Below, one piece after another: positions 55,803 to 64,000 of a stretch of DNA of 64,000 bases (its first letter is position 1; every line of letters begins with the position of its first letter). The translations under genes and the position numbers were made by a program. The notes under the pieces are model-generated. The model was not told the origin of the DNA, searched no databases, and worked only from the letters and a program-made list of their open reading frames with translations. The DNA is taken from assembly GCA_000165345.1 (NCBI GenBank), contig CM000436.1, positions 1,056,001 through 1,120,000 of the forward strand, read 5' to 3'.

Positions 55803-58800
55803 ATGGTAGAAGGATGGCTAACCACTTCAAAATCTATGTCAGGTTTGTTTGGTAAAAGCTTGATTTCAAAGCAAAAAAGTACAAGTGGAAGTATAAATTT
55901 TAATGATGATGAATTAACAGATAACATTGTAGTAGATTTAGGTGACTTTTCAAATAATAATAATAATAAAAGTGATAACTTATATTCTAGAAAAGATTCA
56001 AAAGGAGGAGAATTTGATAAAAGTAAAGGCTCACTACTGAGATTATTTCAATCAGATGTATTTGATGCTCACCTACATTTATATTATATATATCATCATA
56101 AAGAATTTGGAGTTCATGAATATCTTGTAAACTTATTATATGAAAGATCTGATGAGATTTTATGGTATTTACCACAATTATGTGAAATATCTTTAAATAG
56201 ATTTGAGAAGAGTAGCCTTTGGAAATATTTTCTTGATAAATCGAGTGAAAATATGAACTTTTCTTTGATACTTTCTTGGATGTATCAAGCAATGAATGAA
56301 GATAATATACCATTAATTTCAGAATATGCTCAAAATATGCTTCAAGAAATTGAAATGGCAATGGTAAATAGCAAACTTAAGCCTGATATTAGATATATAG
56401 AAAAGAGATTATATTTTTGGAGAAGGTCCAATTTATCTGTTTTTCAGTCACTTTGTAATCAAAATATGAAATTGAATGATATTGAAGATGAATTTAAAGA
56501 TAATGATAACACAATGTTAATGAATCGTGAAAATACCAATACTCAATTATCTTTAGCAATTTACTCAACTCTTCCTAGTAGTGAAACAATAAATTTGAAT
56601 GAAAGTGATGATTTAAATCAAGATGATAATAATAGAATAATATCTTCAGATATAAATACAAATACGATTCCAAATAATAATTCAAAAACAATTAAACTTT
56701 CATCTTGTGATGTTTTACCTGATATTTGGATTTATAGAATTATTAATGATGATTTTAGTTGTGAAAATAAAGCAAAGATTGAATATATACAAACAAAACT
56801 TGGATTAATAAATCGTCAATTTAAGAATTTATATTCAAATGCAACTTGTGCTGCTTATTATAATCCAAATCCAGGAACATCTTTAAATTATAAAAGTGGA
56901 GTTTCATCAAGTGCTTTTGGTTCATTAAACTCAGGATTTTTACCAACAAGTATAATATCAGGATCATCATCTTTTGGTACATTTAGTTCAGGTGGAAATT
57001 CTAATAAAGTTTCAATACCTTACTTTTTCTTTTCAAAATTAGGTTCTCCATTTGATTTAATTGATGTTAATAAGATAATAAATGATATTCAATTTAGATC
57101 AAAATCTAGAATAAACTTGATAAATAAGAGCCATAATTTTAATGTACAAGATAATAGTTCTGAAGATACAGTATCTATTCCAAAAACCCCAAGAGACGTG
57201 ATAAGAATTACTCATCCTTTTTCTCCTTGTTCAGAAACAGAATCAGAAACTAACAATTTGGATTTGGATGATAATGGTACTTTTGAGGAGATAAAATTAG
57301 CTCCAGATTCAAATGTTTGTAGTGATAATGATAATAAGAAGATACCAATATTAACACCAAATTCAACCAAAATAATAGAATGCTTAGAAAATTTATCAAA
57401 TGAGAATTCTGGTTCCCCAATACAATTAAATGATGATATTCTTAGAAATGAAGAAATATTTAAAGTATATATATCTGAAATTGAAAAAGAGAGTGAAACA
57501 CTTTATTATTTACTTAAACAACATAGATATAATTACTTTAATAGAGTAAATCAACTTGTTTCACAATTTCTTGAAATTTCAAATTACTTGCAATCAAATA
57601 TTAATAAAGAACATAGATGTGAGATTTTGGAATTTATTATAGAAGAATTAAATCTTTGGCTCTTTTATTCAAGATTTTCAATTTCAATTTCAAGAACAAC
57701 ATTTTTATTAAATAGTATTTCTTTACCAATGCCATCATTTAATAATGAATTTTGTAGTAGATTTTCAGAAAATGATAGTTTTAATTCAAATAATAAAGAT
57801 GGGAATAGTAAAGGTATAATTGGATTTTCTCACTCAGATTATATTATGGATAAAGGTTTATGTTCTCTAAATAATTGCCAATTTTTACGTATAATTCCAA
57901 ATGAATGTAAAATTTATAATTCCAGAAAAAGAGTTCACTTTTTATTAGCAATTGAAATTGCAGATCTTGATGATCAAGATTATGAGCTTGGAAAGAATTC
58001 TCAAGATTTAATTTCTAAGGATATTTTAAATTATCTCAAAAATCATGGAATTAAACTTAAAACTGATAATAATGATGAAAATCAAAATAGATCCCAAGAT
58101 ATATTGCTTAATTTTCTTAATATACTTTCTGTTGGTATTTCAGAATCAATTGATATGGGCTTATCTCAAGAAGACTTTAACCAAATAACTTTTATTGATA
58201 ATAAAGATTCTGATGAGATTGAAGATTCTAGTATTCATGATAATGAATTAAGTGATGAAGATATATTTATTAATAAAGATTGGCCTCAAGAAACTTGGTC
58301 AAGTAAGATTAAGAGATATAGAAAAGAATCACCCTACTCAAAATTAAAGAGTTGGGGTATTAAAACACTTTTGTTAAAATCCTCAGATGATCTTAGACAA
58401 GAATATCTTGCATCTCAATTACTTCAACAATTTGATTGGATTTTTAAAATTAATAAATTACCCTTATGGCTTCATCCATATGAAATACTTGTAATTGGTT
58501 CTCATGGTGGATTTATTGAATATATTCAAGATACTTTCTCCATAGATAGCCTTAAACGTAGATTCCAGACTGATAATCTTTTGAATTGCTTTGATCAGTT
58601 ATTTAAAGATGAGGAACTTAAATCTAAAGCAAGGAAATGTTTTGTTGAAAGTCATGCTGCTTATAGCCTTGTTAGTTATTTCCTTCAAGTTAAAGATAGA
58701 CATAACGGTAATTTCTTAATTGATAAGCATGGCCACATTATTCAAATTGATTACGGGTTTATGTTAAGTAATTCTCCTGGTAATGTAAATTTTGAGCAAA

Positions 58801-59147
58801 GTCCTTTCAAATTAACTCAAGAATTTCTTGACGTCATGATGGGTGAAAACTCTTCTGATTTCCAATATTTTCAACAACTTATTATTAAAGGATTCTTAGC
58901 CTCCAGAAAACATGTTGACCAAATTGTTTTAACCATTGAATCTATGACTTCAGCATCCAAACTTCCTTGTTTCTCTTTGTTTACAAACAAGGAATACTTT
59001 ATTCAAGATATTAGAGATCGTTTCTTTCTTCATCTTACTGAGGAACAATGTGTTGTTAAAGTCACAGAATTAATTCAATCTTCAATAAATAATTGGAGAT
59101 CCATTCAATATGATGCATTCCAACGAATTACCAATGGAATTCTTTAG
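55803..59147 (+). CDS. PI4K: Phosphatidylinositol 4-kinase (PI4KIII-beta/Pik1-like), 1114 aa
   Basis: C-terminal PI3/PI4-kinase catalytic domain: 'GIKTLLLKSSDDLRQEYLASQLL', catalytic loop 'VKDRHNGNFLID', activation segment 'IDYGFML', 'SPFKLTQEFLDVM'. The long N-terminal region is low-complexity. Confidence 0.85.
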   Translation: MVEGWLTTSKSMSGLFGKSLISKQKSTSGSINFNDDELTDNIVVDLGDFSNNNNNKSDNLYSRKDSKGGEFDKSKGSLLRLFQSDVFDAHLHLYYIYHHKEFGVHEYLVNLLYERSDEILWYLPQLCEISLNRFEKSSLWKYFLDKSSENMNFSLILSWMYQAMNEDNIPLISEYAQNMLQEIEMAMVNSKLKPDIRYIEKRLYFWRRSNLSVFQSLCNQNMKLNDIEDEFKDNDNTMLMNRENTNTQLSLAIYSTLPSSETINLNESDDLNQDDNNRIISSDINTNTIPNNNSKTIKLSSCDVLPDIWIYRIINDDFSCENKAKIEYIQTKLGLINRQFKNLYSNATCAAYYNPNPGTSLNYKSGVSSSAFGSLNSGFLPTSIISGSSSFGTFSSGGNSNKVSIPYFFFSKLGSPFDLIDVNKIINDIQFRSKSRINLINKSHNFNVQDNSSEDTVSIPKTPRDVIRITHPFSPCSETESETNNLDLDDNGTFEEIKLAPDSNVCSDNDNKKIPILTPNSTKIIECLENLSNENSGSPIQLNDDILRNEEIFKVYISEIEKESETLYYLLKQHRYNYFNRVNQLVSQFLEISNYLQSNINKEHRCEILEFIIEELNLWLFYSRFSISISRTTFLLNSISLPMPSFNNEFCSRFSENDSFNSNNKDGNSKGIIGFSHSDYIMDKGLCSLNNCQFLRIIPNECKIYNSRKRVHFLLAIEIADLDDQDYELGKNSQDLISKDILNYLKNHGIKLKTDNNDENQNRSQDILLNFLNILSVGISESIDMGLSQEDFNQITFIDNKDSDEIEDSSIHDNELSDEDIFINKDWPQETWSSKIKRYRKESPYSKLKSWGIKTLLLKSSDDLRQEYLASQLLQQFDWIFKINKLPLWLHPYEILVIGSHGGFIEYIQDTFSIDSLKRRFQTDNLLNCFDQLFKDEELKSKARKCFVESHAAYSLVSYFLQVKDRHNGNFLIDKHGHIIQIDYGFMLSNSPGNVNFEQSPFKLTQEFLDVMMGENSSDFQYFQQLIIKGFLASRKHVDQIVLTIESMTSASKLPCFSLFTNKEYFIQDIRDRFFLHLTEEQCVVKVTELIQSSINNWRSIQYDAFQRITNGIL

Positions 59148-59290
59148 TACCTTTCATTTACACTTGTATCGCTATTAATGATACAGGAATATTTCTTTTC
59201 TTTTAATAATAATAATAAAATCTAAAATATAACCTTATATTTTTATTAATTATTTCTCTCTTTAAATAAAATTCACTCTTTTTTCAACTA

Positions 59291-59333
59291 TTATCCACAT
59301 GACGTCATTTTTATTGCATGCATGCAGTGGCGC
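59291..59333. other. Promoter-like composite motif TTATCCACATGACGTCATTTTTATTGCATGCATGCAGTGGCGC sitting between two convergent 3' ends
   Basis: The same module (TTATCCACA + (T)GACGTCA + ATGCATGCA) appears in the divergent promoter 11741-12397 and around 26334-26488 and 29277-29380. Here the neighbouring genes end at 59147 and 59525, so neither can use it as a 5' promoter. Confidence 0.4.
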
Positions 59334-59524
59334 AAATGATAACAATAATTTGACACGTAATTATATTTATTAAATGTTAAATAACAGACATTACAAAACA
59401 CGGAATGAAAAGAAATTAAAAAAAAAATCATTAATATCCAATGCTAGTACTATCTATATTAGATACAAAACATGCAACCTATCCAATTAATTGTGAAACT
59501 AATTTGTGAGCAAAAACGAACCCT

Positions 59525-62500
59525 CTAATTATTATTCCACATATTGTTATTATGTTGTAGGAATCCAGAATTACTACCAGTTCTAGACGAATGGAAGCCT
59601 GGGAAATTTACAGAAGTTTGCTTTGATTGAGCAGACCCAACTTGTCCTGCCTGGCCAGCCGTATTCTGTGCTCTTCCTGGTAGAAACATGCTTGAATTGC
59701 CAGAACTTGAATTACCTCCAACTCCCTGGCCTTGGTGAGCTAAATCCATTCCTGAACCTACCGTTGCCCCATTTACAGCACCTGAAGGGTTGCCAGGTGC
59801 GGAATTACCACTTGTACCATTTGGAGTACCAGAACCAGTATTACTCGACCCCGATCCAGCTGGTTTACCTATATATTGTATATTCCCCTGAAAGTTGCTA
59901 GCAGCGCTTTGGCTATTGCCTTTAGAATGACTGTTTGGATTACCAGTATTTGGATTTCCTTGAGAATTAATGTTTGCATTAGATGTAGGATTCTGAATGT
60001 GGCCATGATGGTTACCGTAGCTTTGGTGATGTATAAAATCTCCTGGATGAGCTCCAATATTATCCAGTTTATTGTTATTAGTAGTACTTGGTTGTCCCAA
60101 AAAAACTGCTTGAGGAATTGTCTGATCTACACCAAACTCGTTTGATCCCCCATTATTATTGAAACCCATTGGTAAATTCATCTGATTTTGTAGAGAATTC
60201 CCACTTCCATTTGGCTGTTGGCTTCCTATACCCATTTGCTGGTGTGACATACCTGGAGGAAGAATTGACTGAATATTTTGGTATGAACTTGGATTTTGGC
60301 TACTCATGTGATGATTATGTGCAGAATTTCCTCCCATTGTTATCGGTGATTGGTTATTTGACGAGTGATAGTTCACACCAATACCATCAGATACCATCAC
60401 ATTTCCAGATGTATTGTTATTAACTGCCGTATTTCCTGATCCCCCTGCTCCACCTCCAATTCCATATACTCCGTTCAATCCATGTTGACTTGGATTTGGT
60501 CCTTGTGAGTATTGATTAAAAACTGGAGTTGGGTGATGATGGCCATTTGGCTTAGTATTATAATGAGGGAAACCAAATGCTGCAGTATTTCCAACCATAT
60601 AGGGGAAATTTGCCGTATATCCTGCATAGTTCAAATATGCATAGTTATATGGATTTGCTGCTGCTGCTGCTGCTGCTGCTGCCGCTGCCAAAGCCATATT
60701 AGAGTTATTCCCATTAGATGCACTGCCTGAATTACCACCATTTGATCCAGTACTGCCGCCTACAACTGTCTCGTTATAATTCATACCGCTATTACCAGAT
60801 AATAAAGTTGGATTTGATGAATAAACACTACCACTACCTACCATTCCTTGTCCTGCTATTGGTAAGTTGTTATAGTTATTAATTGCACTCCCAGAAATTG
60901 AGTGACCCATATATCCATTTCCAATACCAGAAGATTTTATAGAAGTATGTACATTGGATCCAGACACACCTGATCCTCCAGAAGAAACTCCTGATCCACT
61001 ATTTCTCTGTGAAGCATTTTGGTGTAATAGTCCTTGATCTACAACCATACCACTCGTAGAACCATCTTTTGATGGAGATGAACCGCTAGTATTCCATCCA
61101 TTCAATAAATGACTTCCTGTTACACCAGCACCACCAATTCCACTTGTATTTTCTGAAATACCTGTCACTACCGACATGGCGCCAACATTTGAAGCCCCAA
61201 TATTACCAGTGTGACCCCCCCCAGCTGTATATGAGGAATTAGTAGAAACCCCAGATGATTGATTTTGGACGCTATTGGAGTTATTATCAGAAACTATACT
61301 ATTATTGATTTGGACTTGATTTTCTGGAATTTTGCTGATATCAACAGCACCAAAGCTACCAAATAGGAGTCCATCATTAGCATTAGGATCGATTGTTCTA
61401 CCTTCTGGAAGAAATACTCCAATTCCATGTGACTTATAATCAATTCCACCACCTATTTGTATTCCATGTGGTGGGGAAATTCCTCCAACTTTAATTCCAA
61501 GGTCAATTGCAGTAATTCCAGAACCAGTCATTGAATTTGGTGAGTATATGTTCGAGGTTGATGGAGAGGAGCTTTGAGTATTATCGTTGACAAAATTTGA
61601 AGATACAATCTGTTCTTTTATAGTCTTTTCAAAAGGCTTTGATATTAAGCTAGAAGTTTCCTGTGTGTTTTCTTGTTCCTGATGTTGTCTGGTAGAAGCT
61701 GAGTGATCTTGTGATAATTTCTCCTTAGTTATAGTATCATTTGAGGAGTTCTTATGATCTTTATTGTTACTATTAGTGGTTTGAGACTTTTCTAAAGTAC
61801 TTCCGATATCCTTATTATTGTTTTTGCGAGCCAAATTAGCCCATGTAGTAGTGTTATCTACTGGATTATTGGAGATACTTGCTTTTGTAGCGCTAACATG
61901 AGTGACAACTGGATTTGAACCAATTGTTGTTGCGACCTTTGAAGCATTATTTGATTCTTGTTGTATACTTTGATCTCCTGTTGTTCTTGCCTGGTGAGAG
62001 TGATTTTGGTTTTGTGTTTGAGTATGACCATGACCATGACCATGACCATGCCTCTGTCCGTGGCCATGACTATGGCCTTGAACATGGCCTTGGCCATGAC
62101 CATGACCGTGACCGTGACTGTGACCGTGATTGTGATTGTGATTGTGACCATGACCGTGTACATTGTGCTTAATAGACTTGTTATTGGACTTGTTATAGTT
62201 TGTATTAGTACCTTCGACATGGTTTTGGCTTTGGTTTTGGCTTTGGTTTTGGTTCTGACTTTGACTTTGGTTTTGAATTTGACTTTGATTATTTTGCGAA
62301 TGAGTTTGTTTACCAGATTTAATAGAATTAGTATTATTAGAATTCTTATTCCTATTGACATTATTGTTATTTACATTTGTAGAATTTGTGTTATTTTGCT
62401 TTAAGCCTCCATTTGTCCTATTCTTACCAACCTTTGTCCATTGCCCTGATTCATGACCACTAAAATCCTCAATGACATTGCCTACAGCAAGTTCTATTTG

Positions 62501-62761
62501 ATTGGCATCGTAATGGCATCTATGTATTAAATCAGAAATCTCATTTAGATTGAAGTTATATGGTTCTAATACAGGGGTCAATTCTCTGACCCACTTTGCA
62601 GTTCTTGGAGACATGGGAGTATCAACAATAGCTGGTTGAACATTTATTCTTCTATAATAGTCCTCATTTATTGTAGAATTTGGCTCCTTAGAATTAGACT
62701 TGTTATTTCCTGCAATAGCAGAATTCTTATTAGCTCTCAAATTTCTTGCTCGAGCTGACAT
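59525..62761 (-). CDS. Large low-complexity protein (1078 aa) rich in N/Q/G/S with a His-Gly repeat block and a poly-Ala run; a short structured N-terminal region
   Basis: Continuous 3.2 kb ORF. N-terminal 100 aa 'LNEISDLIHRCHYDANQIELAVGNVIEDF' looks like a small helical (UBA/CUE-like?) module. 'HGHGHNHNHNHGHSHGHGHGHGQGHVQGHSHGHGQRHGHGHGHGH' is encoded at 62030-62160 and 'AAAAAAAAAAA' at about 60660-60700. The many track ORFs inside it on both strands are artifacts. Confidence 0.55.
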   Translation of the reverse strand: MSARARNLRANKNSAIAGNNKSNSKEPNSTINEDYYRRINVQPAIVDTPMSPRTAKWVRELTPVLEPYNFNLNEISDLIHRCHYDANQIELAVGNVIEDFSGHESGQWTKVGKNRTNGGLKQNNTNSTNVNNNNVNRNKNSNNTNSIKSGKQTHSQNNQSQIQNQSQSQNQNQSQNQSQNHVEGTNTNYNKSNNKSIKHNVHGHGHNHNHNHGHSHGHGHGHGQGHVQGHSHGHGQRHGHGHGHGHTQTQNQNHSHQARTTGDQSIQQESNNASKVATTIGSNPVVTHVSATKASISNNPVDNTTTWANLARKNNNKDIGSTLEKSQTTNSNNKDHKNSSNDTITKEKLSQDHSASTRQHQEQENTQETSSLISKPFEKTIKEQIVSSNFVNDNTQSSSPSTSNIYSPNSMTGSGITAIDLGIKVGGISPPHGIQIGGGIDYKSHGIGVFLPEGRTIDPNANDGLLFGSFGAVDISKIPENQVQINNSIVSDNNSNSVQNQSSGVSTNSSYTAGGGHTGNIGASNVGAMSVVTGISENTSGIGGAGVTGSHLLNGWNTSGSSPSKDGSTSGMVVDQGLLHQNASQRNSGSGVSSGGSGVSGSNVHTSIKSSGIGNGYMGHSISGSAINNYNNLPIAGQGMVGSGSVYSSNPTLLSGNSGMNYNETVVGGSTGSNGGNSGSASNGNNSNMALAAAAAAAAAAANPYNYAYLNYAGYTANFPYMVGNTAAFGFPHYNTKPNGHHHPTPVFNQYSQGPNPSQHGLNGVYGIGGGAGGSGNTAVNNNTSGNVMVSDGIGVNYHSSNNQSPITMGGNSAHNHHMSSQNPSSYQNIQSILPPGMSHQQMGIGSQQPNGSGNSLQNQMNLPMGFNNNGGSNEFGVDQTIPQAVFLGQPSTTNNNKLDNIGAHPGDFIHHQSYGNHHGHIQNPTSNANINSQGNPNTGNPNSHSKGNSQSAASNFQGNIQYIGKPAGSGSSNTGSGTPNGTSGNSAPGNPSGAVNGATVGSGMDLAHQGQGVGGNSSSGNSSMFLPGRAQNTAGQAGQVGSAQSKQTSVNFPGFHSSRTGSNSGFLQHNNNMWNNN

Positions 62762-63325
62762 TATAAAGTATTATATAATAATTTATAAGTAGAATAGGTT
62801 GTTATGTGTTTAGATATCTTATTATTAAGCAAAAACAAGCAGTTGGATTAATTAAAATTGCCAATAATGTTTGTTTCTGCTCTTAACTGCTCCAAGTAAT
62901 TTTTGACTACACTCTCACTTTAAAAACTTTAAAGTGAGACCGTGCTTTATGAAACGGAGAGTCTCTAGTTACTTGTTCTGCTTTTCTGTGTACTTTTTTT
63001 TTTAGTATAAGAAAAAATAAATCACATATATTTCTTATGTAATAAATTAATTTTATTCCTACTTCCCACAATACTTTAATTTCTCTCCAACCCTATTTTT
63101 CCTCTAGTCTTAATTTATTAATAATATAGCTAATATTATACATTACATTATAATAAATAATTATTATTAATAGACCTATATATATTTAATTATTTACCTT
63201 TTATTATTATTATTATTATTATTACTATTCAAATTATTTATTTGAAGTCAAACTTAGCTTTTTCCATATATTATATTTAAAATTGTCTAAACTCGGCCGC
63301 CTCTTAATATTTTCTAATTTTAAAA

Positions 63326-63440
63326 TTACCGCCAAAAATTAACAAACTCTTTAATCATTCTATTCTTTCAACATTTTCCCGCTCAAAATAGTCGAATTGT
63401 TAAATTTTACAAAAAAAAATGCATGTTTTCCCGCCGTCTC
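63326..63440. promoter_or_regulatory. E2F-like series (TTACCGCCAAAAA; TTTTCCCGCTC; TGCATGTTTTCCCGCCGTC) in the divergent region between 59525-62761(-) and the gene starting at 63760(+)
   Basis: Direct reading. AGCCGGTATAGG and CATGTATGCATG follow at 63622-63653. Confidence 0.4.
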
Positions 63441-63759
63441 AAAAGATTACTTTAATATGAAATTTAATGAAAAATGATGAAAAGTCAAAATAATGAGCGA
63501 TTAACAATAAATAAAAATTGAGAATGGAACAGAATAAATATTTAAAAATATTTAGTTTTCTTTTTGAAGAAATTTCTTAGTTTTTTTTTTTCAAAAATTA
63601 TATTTGTCTGTTTTGTTTTAAAGCCGGTATAGGAATACATGTATGCATGTAATTGAATAGATTTGTGTGTATTTGCATTTGAGTAATTATTTTTCTAAAT
63701 TCATTGAATATTTTTGTGAATATTTTTAATTAAAAAATTCTTAAATACTTTATTGGAAA

Positions 63760-64000
63760 ATGACAAAAAAAGATGCAAGAAGTTCCATTAGAGCAAGCAT
63801 TGAGACTACAAGTAGTTCCATATTAGGTTCAGGAGGTAAGTTTATTTGAAATATTAGCAAATAAATTTGGCTAAAAGGTTCATAATATTAATTAATAAAT
63901 CTTTTACTTTCTCTTTAAATTTGACTGGCTAACTTTCTTGTCGTAGATAATAATGGCAACAATTCTCCAACAAGTAAAAGAAAATGTGTTAAGAAAGAGT
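63760..64000 (+). CDS. 5' end of an unidentified gene: exon 1 at 63760-63835, GTAAGT intron at 63836-63946, exon 2 from 63947 running off the window
   Basis: An ATG at 63760 opens 'MTKKDARSSIRASIETTSSSILGSGG', which ends at a canonical GGTAAGT donor. A TCGTAG acceptor at 63946 continues in phase as 'DNNGNNSPTSKRKCVKKE'. Confidence 0.4.

Overview
This 64 kb window is a gene-dense, AT-rich (roughly 70-75% AT) eukaryotic nuclear region with no prokaryotic operon structure. Long standard-code ORFs, short GTAAGT...AG introns (55-100 nt), low-complexity N/Q/E/S/P-rich proteins and intergenic regions full of E2F-like GGCGCC/CCCGCC sites and TGCATGCA motifs are most consistent with a Cryptosporidium-like apicomplexan; that is an inference, not a database match. 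I can support about 27 protein-coding genes, a U3 snoRNA and a tRNA-Ala(AGC). The genes I recognise are SF3B3 (5'-partial), a short-chain dehydrogenase (SDR) with 5 exons, SUMO, a METTL2/6/8-like methyltransferase (3 exons), KRI1, fibrillarin, a USP deubiquitinase, RPL7, RPS15A, a NOP14-like protein, SNW1/Prp45, TFIIS, a WDR24/Sea2-like WD+RING protein, eIF2-beta, CNOT9/Rcd1, Sec24 (2 exons), a PI4K, several membrane or low-complexity hypothetical proteins, and a 5'-terminal fragment of one more gene at the window end. The supplied ORF track misses every intron and reports many antisense or repeat-derived ORFs that I reject. Two things stand out. First, a GC-rich island that the ORF track covers with spurious ORFs is a U3 snoRNA (minus strand, about 15008-15292) lying directly beside the fibrillarin gene, with TATA/CCAAT-like upstream elements. 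Second, a head-to-head pair of diverged paralogous genes for secreted proteins (10658-11740 minus, 12398-13742 plus) shares a 660 bp promoter packed with TGACGTCA, TTATCCACA, ACCGGTAT and ATGCATGCA motifs. I also see two intergenic motif vocabularies, E2F-like versus TGCATGCA/ACCGGTAT/TTATCCACA/TGACGTCA. Other observations are a motif cluster of the second type in a convergent 3'-3' region, a roughly 32-unit GAGCCT hexanucleotide microsatellite, a perfect TGGCGCCGGCGCCA palindrome, and a GATOR2-like WD/RING protein.
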